The notes under the pieces are model-generated. The model searched no databases. It worked only from the letters and a program-made list of their open reading frames with translations, and was not told the DNA's origin. From Hypanus sabinus (Eukaryota): a stretch of 64,000 nucleotides of DNA. Of the stretch, positions 37,591 to 49,746 are shown piece by piece. Location of the stretch: NCBI RefSeq assembly GCF_030144855.1, contig NC_082712.1, forward strand, positions 9,672,001 to 9,736,000, given 5' to 3'. Every line of letters begins with the position of its first letter. Position 1 is the stretch's first letter. Made by a program: the position numbers and the translations under genes.

Positions 37591-38990
37591 ATATAACCAT
37601 ATAACCATAATTACAGCACAGAAACTGGCCATCTCAGCCCTTCTAGTCCGTGCCGAATGCTTACTGTCACCTAGTCCCACTGACCCACACTCAGCCCATA
37701 ACCCTCCATTCCTTTCCTGCCCATATACCTATCCAATTTTACTTTAAATGACAATACTGAACCTGCCTCTACCACTTCTATTGGAAGCTCATTCCACACA
37801 ACTACTACTCTCTGAGTAAAGCAATCCCCCCTCATGTTACCCTTAAACTTTTGCCCGCTAACTCTCAACGCATGTCCTCTTGTTTGAATCTCCCCTACTC
37901 TCAATGGAAAAAGCCTATCCACGTCAACTCTATCTATCCCCCTCATAATTTTAAATACCTCTATCAAGTCCCCCCTCAACCTTCTATGCTCTAAAGAATA
38001 AAGACCTAACTTGTTCAACCTTTCCATGTAACTTAGGTGCTGAAACCCACGTAACATTCTAATAAATCTTCTCTGTACTCTCTCTATTTTGTTGACATCT
38101 TTCCTATAATTCGGTGACCAGAACTATACACAATATTCCAAATTCGGCCTTACCAATGTCTTGTACAATTTTAACATTGCATCCCAACTCCTATACTCAA
38201 TGCTCTGATTTATAAAGGTCAACATACCAAAAGCTTTCTTCACCACCCTATCCACATGAGATTCCACCTTCAGGGAACTATGCACCATTATTCCTAGATC
38301 ACTCTGTTCTACTGCATTCTTTAATACCCTACCATTTGCCATATATGTCCTATTTGGATTATTCCTACCAAAATGTAGCACCTCACACTTATCAGCATTA
38401 AACTCCATCTACCATCGTTCAGCCTAGTCTGCTAACTGGCCTAAATCTCTCTGCAAGCTTTGAAAACCTACTTCATTATCCACAATACCACCTATCTTAG
38501 TATCATCTTCATACTTACTAATCCAATTTACCACCCCATCATCCAGATCATTAATGTATATGACAAACAACGTTGGACCCAGTACAGATCTCTGAGGCAC
38601 ACCACTAGTCACCGGCCTCCAACCTGATAAACAATTATCCACCACTACTCTCTGGAATCTCCCATCCAGCCACTGTTGAATCCATTTTACTACTGCAATA
38701 TTAATACCTAATGATTGAACCTTCCTAACTAACCTTCCATGTAGAACCTTGTCAAAGGCCTTACTGAAGTCCATATAGACAACATCCATTGCTTTATCCT
38801 CATTAACATTGCTTGTAATCTCTTCAAAAAATTCAATTAGATTTGTCAAACATGACCTTCCACGCACAAATCCATGTTGACTGTTCCTAATCAGACCCTG
38901 TCTATCCAGATAATTATATATACCATCTCTAAGAATGCTTTCCATTAATTTACCCACCACTGACATCAAACTGACAGGCCTATAATTTCT
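37591..38990 (-). mobile_element. CR1 3' fragment nested in the Gypsy pol
   Basis: ORFs 38424..38969, 38124..38408 and 37671..38057 are CR1 RT; (atatggtt)n tail. Confidence 0.9.
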
Positions 38991-40582
38991 ATTCTGTTCC
39001 CTTGCCGATACCTTCCAGAATATTCACTTGGTCCATTTTTGTCTCGTCACCAAATTCTAAGACATCACTTAATATCAGTGACTGAAAGGCTCCAGTATCG
39101 CACCAGATTCTCACTGGAACTGGGGGTGACCCCTCCTTCAGAGACACAAAACCCTTGATAATAAACCACTCAATCTCTTCCTGAACTTGGCCAGACCCCA
39201 CCTTCCTTCGTGTGGTCTCAGCCGCTGGCGCACATACATCGGGGGTTTTCCCCTTTTCCCATTTCTTTCTTCCGAATAGGACAGTTGGATGCCACATGGC
39301 CAGGCAACCTGCAGTAGTAACAGGTAAAACTGGAAAACTTATCTTTGGTTGGTTTCCCCTCCTTTTTACCTCTGTCACTGGCTCCTGCCTTGTTTCCTGT
39401 GTTACTTGGCAGATTATCCAGGTATTTCTTCTGATAACCCTTGCTCGGGAAAAAATTAATCTTGTGAGTCAGGGCAAACTCATCCACTAACCTAGTGGCC
39501 GTGTAAAGAGTCTCAACCTCTTTCTCTTCTAAGTATGACCATATCTCACTAGGGACACACTCTTTTAATTCCTCGATCAGCATCAGCTGTCTACTTTGTG
39601 GTAGTCCTCGTCTACCTCTTTCGAGGCACACCACCGATCAAAGTACCTCTCCTTTTCACAGGCAAACTCTACATATGTCTGGTTCCTGGACTTCCTCAAA
39701 CCCTGAAACTTCTGTTGGTATGCTTCTGGCACCATTTCATAGACCTTAAGCACAGCCTCCTTCACAGCATCATAATTAGTCGACTCAGTCACAGACAAGG
39801 CAGAATATGCTTGCTGCACCTTCCCTTTTAACACACTTTGCAGCAATACTGCCCAGTCCTCCCTCGACCACTTCTTGTTCTGAGCAACTTTCTCAAAATG
39901 TAGGAAGTACCTATCAACGTCTCCTTTAGCAAACAGAGGTACCAACTTAATTTCCTGACTGACATTAATGGATACACCCCTCTCGCCACTCTCGGCCTGA
40001 CACTTCACCCTCTTGACGACGCATCTCCCTCTCAAACTCCCTCTGTTTTTCTCCCTCTGCAGCCTCCAACTTAAGTCTCTCCATTCTTAATTGTTCTGGT
40101 CGTAACAGGGTCTCCTCATCACCTACTGGAAACTCCTGTAGCGACTCCTCCTCAAGTAACTCTTTCCCAACACAATATTCAGCTACTTTCCTCCGAATTC
40201 CTGCCTTTGTCATACTCCTCTGTATTCCAGTAAGTTTCCATTTGTTAGCAATGTCACATAGAACCTCCTTTCGGGCTCTCCTCAAAAACAGAGGAATAGG
40301 GTTCTCTATAAATTCAATATCCTCCATTTCTGCTGTTTTCCACACACAGCTTAATTACAAGGGATTTCCCCAATTAAGACAAGCCCCCACAATTTCAAAA
40401 ATTGGCTCCGATCAAATTTGTTCAGAACCCGGACGCAGACCCCAATTTTGTCACGAATCCCAAGACAAGTTGAAAAGGACCAGCAGAAATGGAACACACG
40501 TGGAGTTTGGTTTACTTTAAATTAAGACTATATTTATTACTACTATGAAATAATATCATTAAAACTGGATAATACGATACAG

Positions 40583-40722
40583 NNNNNNNNNNNNNNNNNN
40601 NNNNNNNNNNNNNNNNNNNNNNNNNNNNNNNNNNNNNNNNNNNNNNNNNNNNNNNNNNNNNNNNNNNNNNNNNNNNNNNNNNNNNNNNNNNNNNNNNNNN
40701 NNNNNNNNNNNNNNNNNNNNNN
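40583..40722. other. Assembly gap (N run) inside the Gypsy 5' LTR
   Basis: 140 N. Confidence 1.
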
Positions 40723-40831
40723 CAAAGATAATAGTCCTGGAGGTAGATATCAGTCTTACAGTGTCAGGTAAGTTTAAGCAGTACAGTTCACTTTGTGTTG
40801 AGTTGAGTTGAATTGATGGAGAGAGAGAGTG

Positions 40832-43800
40832 TTTTTTTAAATTTTTTTTATTAGTTTTTCAAAACATTTTACAAATTAAAAACCCCAAATCCCAATGAAG
40901 AAGAATAAAACAGTGCAAAATTAAGCATACAATAACAATATGCTACAAAGGAAGAGAATTTAGCAAAAAAAAACACCTAAATTAAAGACAAGTAAGCTTA
41001 GTGTCCTCCCCAAGCCCCACAACACAAGAAAAAACAACAGCAACTCCAGACCAACCACAACACAATATAGAGAGTATAAGTCAGGACAGCCAAACTCCCA
41101 GACTGTGAATACACTCAGCAACAGAGGATAATAATACCTTCTACCAGAGAAAAAAGGAGCTGAGGTCCAAACAGGCCATGATGTCGTTAAGCCGAATGAT
41201 TGATATTAAGCCTTTACCTAGTGGATTCATGGAAAGAAATAGGTCCATAGCATTTTTTGCAGGCATTTCAGGAAAGTTAGGAATTAAAGGAGCAATAAAG
41301 TGTCGGATTTGGAGATATCTGAAAAAATGAGCATTGGGCAGATTGAACTTAACAGAGAGCTGCTGAAAAGAAGCGAAGCGATTATCAATGAAAAGATCTT
41401 CAAAATGTCTAATGCCCTTCCTATACCAAACCTGGAATGCTGAATCGTATGTAGTAGGTAAAAAAAGGTGATTATGAGCAATAGGGCTGGAAATGGAAAA
41501 CCCCTGGAAACCATAGCATTTCCTGATCTGAGCCCATATACGCAAAGTGTGTCTAACAAGAGGATTAGCTATTAATCTGGGCAGACTACTAGGGAGTGCA
41601 GAGCCAAGAAGTGCAGAGATAGATAATTCTTTAGTGGAGCTCAGCTCCATCGCCACCCAGTTAGGGCACTGGGGTTGGCCATGGAAGAAAGACCAGAAGG
41701 TAGCACAACGTATATTAGCTGCCCAATAATATAAACGAAAGTTAGGTAAAGCCATGCCACCCTCTTTTTTAGATTTTTGGAGATGGATTTTATTAATTCT
41801 AGAGCGCTAATTCTGCCACAGGTATGACAAAATAATAGAGTCTAAGGAATTAAAAAAAGATTTAGGAATAAAAATTGGGATAGATTGAAATAGGTATAAA
41901 AATTTGGGGAGAACATACATTTTAACAACATTAATACGACCTACCAAAGACATAGATAGAGGTGACCATTGTACCAGACTCTGTTTTATAGCATATGAAA
42001 GATTGGCAAAGTTTTCACGAAAGAGATCTTTAAACTTCCTTGTCACTGTAATTCCAAGATAAGTAAATTGACTATGGACTACTTTAAAAGGGAGATCATG
42101 AAATGTTAGTTCTTGTGCTTCTTTATTAATTGGGAGAAGTTCACTCTTATGTAAATTAAGTTTATAGCCAGAGATCTGGCTAAACTGGTCAAGAAGTGAA
42201 AACATTAGAGGTAAGGATGTAGACGGATTTGAGAGAAGGAGTAATAAGTCATCAGCATAGAGAGAAACTTTATGCTCAACACCCCCTCTCCAAATCCCAG
42301 TCAATTCAGGGCAGTTTCGAAATGCTATCGCCAGAGGTTCCATAGCCAAATCAAAGAGAAAGGGACTTAAGGGGCATCCCTGGTGGGTGCCATGTTTGAG
42401 ATTAAATACTTGGGATTTCTGAAAATTGGTTAAAACAGAAGCAGTAGGACACAGGTACAGCAATTGGATCCAAGAGATGAAACTTTGGCCAAGGTCAATT
42501 TTTCTAAAACTGCAAAAAGGTAGTTCCACTCTATACGATCAAATGCTTTCTCTGCATCGAGGGAAATAACACATTCAGGAATCCCAGTTGGAGGTGAGTA
42601 TAAGATATTAAATAAACGCCGAATGTTAAAAAAAGGAAAACGGTTTTTAATAAAGCCTGTTTGGTCATCAGAGATAATGGAGGGAATGCCGGTTTCTAAT
42701 CTATGAGCCAAAACTTTAGCTGAGATCTTTACATCAGCATTGAGCAGAGAGATCGGCCTATACGAGGAACACTCTGTTGTGTCTTTGCCCTTTTTTAAAA
42801 GAAGAATGTCATAGGTGCCTCACTGAAAGAGGGTGGCAATTTGCCGTAATTAAACGAGTCAGATAATACTGAGAGTAACTGAGGAGAAAGAAGAGAAGAG
42901 AATGATTTATAAAATTCTACAGGGAACCCATCAGGTCCAGGAGATTTCCCTGAGGACAGTGCAGAAATTGCAGTAGCTATTTCTTCTAATGACATAGACG
43001 CATTGGGTTTGGCTTTGAAATCAGATGAAAGTGAGGGGATATTCAGATTCTGTAAAAATTGATCAACAGAGATATTGTCATTCAGAGATTCAGAGGAATA
43101 AAGCCGAGAATAAAAATTTTTAAATGCGTCATTAATTTCTAAGTGATCTGATGTAAAGTCTCCGTTCTCCTTCCGGATCTTTGTAACATGTTGTTTGGCT
43201 TTGGAACGCCTCAGCTGATTGGCTAGGAACCTCTGCGATGTGCTTCTACAATCAGATGGTGTTTTACCTGGTATTGATGGAAGCACAAGATTACTGGTCG
43301 TGGGCGGTTGCCCAGAATTCCGGCGGGAACATGGACCCGGTGTGCCCGTTCGAGCTCAGGCGGGTTCGGAAGCAAATCTTTCCCGAATATCTCACAGAGA
43401 AACTCGGCGAAAAACTTCACTGTTGATCCCTGTTCGGTGGCCTCTGGCAATCCAAGAATTCTAAGATTGCAGCGTCTGCTGCGATTTTCGAGATCCACCA
43501 TTTTGAAAAGGAGTTTGTTACACTTTTCCTCCAAGCTGGAATAGAGAGTCTCCAAGTATCGAGCACGACTTTCTAAATCTTCAGAAGTCGAATCGATGCG
43601 AGATAAGTGTTGGGCATGCTTGCCCACCTTGTCGTTGATTTGATCAATCTTGTCCTCCAACTGTTTGAAAGCGGTTTTGAATTCCTTTAAAATTTTGTCT
43701 CGGAGCTGACTGAGCGCAGTCTGGGTCTCGTCTGAGAGAGCCGGAGCTTCCTTTCTCCCGGATTTAGAGCTCTTGCTAGACATTGTAAGTTAGATGTGTT

Positions 43801-43934
43801 CACAGGCAAGTAAGAGGTACCGAAAAAGTTCCCGACTAAGGTTTAACAAATGGAGACATTTAGTGAAAAGATAGCGACAGTAACGGAACAAAAGTTCGGA
43901 GCAGCTAAGCAATCGCCATCTTACCGGAAGTCCC
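40832..43934 (-). mobile_element. L1-clade LINE with both ends and internal deletions, inserted in the Gypsy LTR; 11-bp TSD
   Basis: TSD gagagagagtg at 40821..40831 and 43935..43945; ORF1 43223..43783 (LENRSRRCNLRILGLPE, ERAHR); ORF2 GKSPGPDGFPVEFYK, QGCPLSP, SLYADD; poly(A) at 40832. Confidence 0.93.
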
Positions 43935-45119
43935 GAGAGAGAGTGTTAATTGTGTTGATGTTTACGTTGGCAGCTTTAGTTGTTCTTGCTTCTGAAATCT
44001 ATAGAGTCACTTCGTGTGAACCCCACACAGACACGGACGGACAGAGCCCCTTCTAGGGAACGGTCTACTAACCCACGGCACGGGTTCACCACCAGCAGAT
44101 CCCCACAGGCAAGCTCTTACCTGCACTGGTAATCACGGGTTAAAATTAATCGGTCCATGGCCTCCACCCTCATGGTAGTCTTAAACTCCACCAGTGGTTT
44201 CTCGGGTAGCTTCTGCACTTCTCCCGTGTCGTGTCTCCTCTGCCGTTATCAGACCAACGCCTCAACTTTTTATAATTCATTCGAAATTCCATTTTATAAT
44301 TTCATTCGAAAAGCCGTCCGTTAGCTCAACCGCTCTGAGCTGTTACCATGGTGACTTCCCAGCTCGTGTCTCAGCTGGCGCCGTAATCTCTCTCTCAAGG
44401 TCACAATTAAAAGTGTTATCAAAACCATGTCAGAGTCCCCTCTCTCTTTTAATTGCCTCCTTGTTTATTAGACTGCTGAATTTTCTAGCAGTTTCTCACC
44501 TGCGTGACAGTACGACCATCCACCACCTGCTCCCATGGCTTCACTTGCCCCAGATGGGGGGTGGGGGGTGTTAGGGTGGCTAACCAGCTTCTACACCTTG
44601 CCTGAGGGTGATCCGCAGGCAAGAGGCTCCTCACACCTTCTTTGGTAGAGACGTAATTTTAGAGATACAGTGTGGAATAGGCCAGTCCGCCCCTCGAGCC
44701 ACACCACCCAGCAAACCAAATTTACCACAAACATAATCACAGGACAATTAACCTACTAATTGGTACAACTTTGGACCATGGGAAGAAACCAGAGCACCCG
44801 GAGGAAACCCATGCATTCCACAGGGAGGATGTACAGACTCCTTACGGAGGACACTGGGATTGAACTCTGAACTCCAACACCCCGAGCTGTAATAACATCA
44901 CACAAACCGCTACCCTGCTGTGGTATGCTGAACTGGAGGGAAATATTCCATCAGCAAACAGACTGGATCCTGATTGTGATGGATCCCAGGGTGAATGTTC
45001 ATGCTGAAGGTGGATGAAGGTTACCCAGGTCGGCTATGGACCTTGCAACATCGAGCCAGTAATCTCAGTAGTTCAATAGGGAACGGAAACACCGACTCAG
45101 CAGCAAGAAGCCCCTCCTT

Positions 45120-46410
45120 AAGCCAGGCCTGTACTCACTGGAGTTCAGAACAATAAGGGGTGATCTCACTGAAACCTATCAAATATTGAAAGGCAGAGAT
45201 AGAGTGAATGGGGAGAGGATGTTTCCTGTGGTGGGGAGTCAAGGACCAGAGGGGACTGACTCAGAATAGAGGCACATCCATTTAGATTGGAAATGATGAG
45301 TGTCTTTAGCCAGAGAGTGGTGAATCTGTGGAATTCATTAGCACAGACTGCTGTGGAGGCCAAGTCATTGGGTACATTTAGACCAGAGGAACAAAAAAGA
45401 CTGGAGCAGAATGAGGCCATTCAGCCCATTGAGTCTGCATTGCAAATTCATCATGGCTGATCCATTTGCCTTCTCAACCCCATTCTCCTGCCTTCTCCCT
45501 GTAACCTTTCATGCACTGACTAATCAAAAATCTATGAAATTCTGCCTTATGACAGAATAACTAAATGACCTAGCCTGCACATCCATTCTGTTCCCGCAAC
45601 ACTACTTGCCCCTCCACCTATCTTGATATCATCTGCAAACTTGGCCACAAACCGATCAATTCTATCTTCCAAATCATTGACATATAAAATGAAAAGAAGC
45701 AGTCCCAAAACTGACTCCTTTGGATCAACACTAGACACCGACAACCAATTTGAAATGTCTCCCTTTACTCACACTTCATTGCCTCCTGCCAATCAGCCAA
45801 TCCTCTATCCCTGCTAATATCTTTCTTGTAATACCATAGGGTCTTATCTTGTTAAGCAGTTTCATGTGCGGCATCTTGTCAAAATCCAAGTGGGCAACAA
45901 CCTCTGATTCTCCTTTGTCGACCTTGCTTCTTAGTTCCTCAAAAAATTCCTACAGATTTGTAAGGCAGGATTTCCTTTCGGTCAACCATGCAGACTGTGG
46001 CCTATTTTATCATGTGCTTCCACGTACCCTGAGACCTCATCCTTAACAATCAACTCCAACATCTTCCCAACTACTGAGGTCAGACTAACTGGTCTATAAT
46101 TTTCTTTATTCGGCTTCTCTCCCTTTTTGAAGAGTGGAGTGGCTTTGTAACTTCAGACACTCTCGAACTTCCACTGTACTGTTGGTGTCTTCCACAATGA
46201 AGATGGATGCAAAATACTCATTCAGACTCTACACCATGTCCCTGTTCCCCATTGCTATTATATAAGGTGGAGGTTGATAGGTTCTTGATTGGTCAGGCTC
46301 TCAAAGGTTATGGAAGAAGGCATGAGAATGGGGTTGAGAGGGATAATAGATTAGCCATTATGGAGTGGTGAAGCAGAGTCGATGGGCTGAATTCCCTAAT
46401 TCTGTTCCTG
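45120..46410. mobile_element. Mixed CR1 fragments on both strands
   Basis: VAKFADDIKIGG and CR1 3' ends; boundaries approximate. Confidence 0.7.
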
Positions 46411-46613
46411 TGTCTTATCCAGGGAGGGAATCTGCACCATATCCTTACCACTGGTGGTGGTACTGAGTGGGGGGGGAACGCTGGACTGAGAATGGAACCC
46501 ACGAGGGATCGAGCCAATCTCAGTCCCAGTTCCTCAGTGGGGGCTCATTTCTTCCTACGGATGTTCAATACATTTTTATCAATTACACAACACTGATGGA
46601 GCTGTTTCCTTAC

Positions 46614-46970
46614 CCATGACCTGCAGTCCAGTCTCATCCAGAGTCTCTGCCTCCCATGTGGAATTCCTGACCCAAACATGACAGAAATATCTGCTGGTGT
46701 CTTTCAGTCTGAGGTCCGTCACCCTGATGGAGGCATTTCCTTGCCCTGGATCTCCCACCAGCTCATATTGGCCTCCTTCACTTACGGTGTTGGTGTAGGG
46801 AGAACTGGCAGAGTGGAAATGAGTTTGACATAAGACAGTGGATACATTTGGAGGATTCCCCTTCATCCAGAGGATAGTGATGGAGTTGGGTTTTGTGTCA
46901 GGAGGTGTGAAGTAGCAGGACAGTGTGTCAGAATTTCGCCTTTTTACACTGTTATGAGTGCTGAACAGAC
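46614..46970 (-). CDS. Ig V-set exon V3 (first 21 nt LTR-derived)
   Basis: 357 nt, phase 1-1; TLSCYF...ILWMKG...YELVGDPGQGNASIRVTDLRLKDTSRYFCHVW; acceptor ccccatttccatcag, donor GTAAGG. Confidence 0.8.
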
Positions 46971-47566
46971 CTGATGGAAATGGGGTGCAGAGTTTACCAT
47001 TCTCCCCCTTTGAGAACAATGAACTATTGCAATTGCTATGCTGCTAATGAGAGAGAGAGAGATAAAGCACAGAGGCAGGGTCACCTGCTACAGATAAGAG
47101 CGAGAGAGACACACACTTGATTTATGTATTATGACTTCTTCACTGATTGTTTACCTTTCGCTACGTTACTTTACTCGTTAACATTACTGAGGAGACAGCA
47201 GGAGTGGCCTACTTTGATGGACATGGTCATTTTGAGTTGATGGATGGCTGATACCCTGTCAGTGGGGATAAAAGACAGGTGTGGGGAGACACCCTCAGGC
47301 ACAACAGTGGACACTGAATGAGTGTTGTACACCCACAGGAAGGTGGGGGCTTCAAGGACCGAATCAGGAGATCGGTCAACAAAGCTCACAGTGTGACAGC
47401 AGGGCCGGTGGGGGCTTGTGTGTGTCCACTCATGCCAGAGTGACGAGTCCACCATGGAAGAACAGTCTAGCTGAGAACGGAGAGGTCCTAACCGAATGAC
47501 CACAACGGTACGACGGAATAAGAAGACAACAGAAGGTTTGTCTGGTGCAGCTGTTACATCTCGCTT

Positions 47567-47618
<52 letters not shown>

Positions 47619-47912
47619 AAATTACAATACAACAACTGCAACTACTTCAGCACACATGAACTGAACTAGACTCTATATTCTCTTATGACAATTCATTTAC
47701 CCCTAGATATTGATAGAGCTTGTTTCTTATTATTGATTATTATTCTACACTTCTAGGTTTATTGTTGCTAACCTGTTTTATCTGTATATTTGCATTTTTG
47801 ATATTGTATTGCTTAGTTTACTAATAAACACCTTTAGTTTTTGGTACCACCAGACTCCAACGGATTCTTCTATTTCTGCCGGTCTGTAAACCCAGTTACG
47901 GGGTATGTAACA
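46950..47912 (+). mobile_element. Solo LTR (963 bp) inserted in the 5' end of exon V3
   Basis: TGTTA...TAACA termini; internal (TC)n and AATAAA near 47823; flanks rejoin into sequence collinear with exon V2; degenerate 4-bp TSD acac/gcaa. Confidence 0.8.
47569..47613. repeat. (TC)n microsatellite inside the solo LTR
   Basis: Perfect dinucleotide run. Confidence 0.95.
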
Positions 47913-47943
47913 GCAATCACCGATGATACTCTGACACCTTGGA
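47913..47943 (-). pseudogene. Orphaned original 5' end of exon V3 with acceptor mutated AG to TG
   Basis: Collinear with the V2 acceptor region, 23 nt to gtgattg in both; encodes VQGVRVSSVI. Confidence 0.75.
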
Positions 47944-49380
47944 CATTTTAAAGTAAGGACAATCTGGATTAGTTGAGTGTATTAATCACATTTTATTCAA
48001 CAATATTTCATCCCCATCTATGAGTTTAATTCTGCATCTCATTCCTACTCCGACTCTGATGACTGCAGTGATGACTGATTTCATGTCTGTGGACTGACTT
48101 TGGTGACCTTCAGTTCCGAATATTATTGCTGACTTCTATTGCTTGCACAATTTGTTTTTTTTTCTGCACATTGCAGGTTTGATTGTCTTTTTTTTTATTG
48201 GGTTCTGTTGGGTTTCTCTGTAAGGAGACAAATCTACAAATGTACTTTGAACTTTGTGTCTCCAAAGACTTTTGTGTTCTGTCTACATGCAGGAAACAGC
48301 ACCAATGCAGTTTTAAATATATCAGTAAAGCGGCTGAGGGACGGGTTCTCTGCGTCGGAGTGAAACAAGAAATGTTCCAGATATCCCACAGACGGACAGT
48401 CACACCGTTTGGACAATGATTCATCACTTCCCTCTGTCACAGATGTTAGCGGACACACAGACAGACAGACATACTTTATTGATCCCAAGGGAAATTGGGT
48501 TTCACCAAAACCATCGCCAGAACCAGCGGTGGAGGACAATGTCCCCAGAGGACCCCCATCAACATCCAACATTTTGTACCTTTGTCATTGCTGTTCCCCT
48601 CTGCAGATCCACCAGAAAGTGAAAGCAATCATAAGAAGGTAGACTACGTAAGTGGCAGCTCGAATGGCCAATGCAGTCAATCTCAGCTTGGGTAGGAAGA
48701 CCTGACACGTGTCTCTCATGTGTTGATTCAGAGCCACTCTGCGTAGCTTCCACCCAGGCTGGAGTGAAGTATCTCTCCCGTAGTCTGAGATCTTGTGTGG
48801 CTCTCCTCTCTGCTGCTTATGGGCCGTGAGTTGTTCCCAGCGTCGATCCACATGATGTTTGCAGGAGGTTCCCATTGACAGAGCACAGAGAGGTCCCTCC
48901 AGTTACAGTATCAGTCACAAGGGCCAACTCCAGGGTGGTGACTGTGACTTGGGGAGTGTTATTCTCAAGTGCATTGGAACAAAGTCCCTCAGCTCTAGGA
49001 AAGGTGAGGAATGGGAGAGAACCAGCAGGGGAATGGAGTGAAAATGTCATTGTGGAAACTGACTGGTGATTGTCTGTAGAAGCTTCTGGGTCTTTAATGC
49101 TGGACACAGATGTAAATATCTCAGGCCAGGCTGGTCATTCAGCAGCCAAATGAGAGTCTGAACCTCTGACCCTGCAGCAGGAAGCTCCACCTATCCTGGG
49201 TTGGAATCCACTGAGGGCAGTACTGAGTGAGGGGGTTGGGGAGCCCAGGAGCAGAAATGGAGACCACAAGGGTTTGAGCTAGTCTCGGCCCCAGCTCCTC
49301 ACTGGGAGCTCATTTGTTCTTACAGAAGTTATCAATATGTTTTTATTGTTTCCACAGCACCAATAGAGATATTTACTTAC

Positions 49381-49746
49381 CCTCTATCTGCAGAGTCATC
49401 TCATTCTGGATCACTGTCGTTTTGTTTCCCTTGCCCTTGAACCAAATATGACAGAAATATCTGCTGGTGTCATTCAGTGTGAGGTCCGTCACCCTGATGG
49501 AGGCGTTTCCCTGCTCTGGATCTCCCACCAGCTCATATCGGCCTCCTTCATTTACAGTGTTGTTGTAGGGTGGGCTGGTGGAGGAGGAACGAGTCTGATT
49601 GAAGACAATGGATACATCTGGAAGATTCCCCTTCATCCAGACGATACTGATGGAACGGGGTTTCCTGACAGGAAATGTGGAGTAGCAGGGAAGTGTAGCA
49701 GAATCTCCCCTCTTTACAATCACTGACGGTTCGCTGGCATTTTCGA
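49381..49746 (-). CDS. Ig V-set exon V2
   Basis: 366 nt, phase 1-1; GDSATLPCY...IVWMKG...GRYELVGDPEQGNASIRVTDLTLNDTSRYFCHIW; acceptor gtctttactctgaacag, donor GTAAGT. Confidence 0.9.

Larger units (their letters stand above)
35622..44509 (-). mobile_element. Gmr1-like Gypsy LTR retrotransposon with SCAN-like gag, carrying nested L1 and CR1; TSD GTAC
   Basis: LTRs TGTCACG...CGTGACA at 35622..36470 and 40449..44509; GTAC at 35618..35621 and 44510..44513; tRNA-Pro-like PBS tgggtctgcgtccggg; PPT aaagggggaaga; gag, CYYCRLPGHVASNC, DTGA protease, RT and RNase H pieces. Confidence 0.92.

Noticed and set aside
47171-47641. ORF with poly-ER tract
   Set aside because: Translation of the (GA)n microsatellite inside the solo LTR
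48817-49107. ORF between V2 and V3 as an extra Ig or stalk exon
   Set aside because: No Ig Cys/Trp pattern and no convincing splice sites
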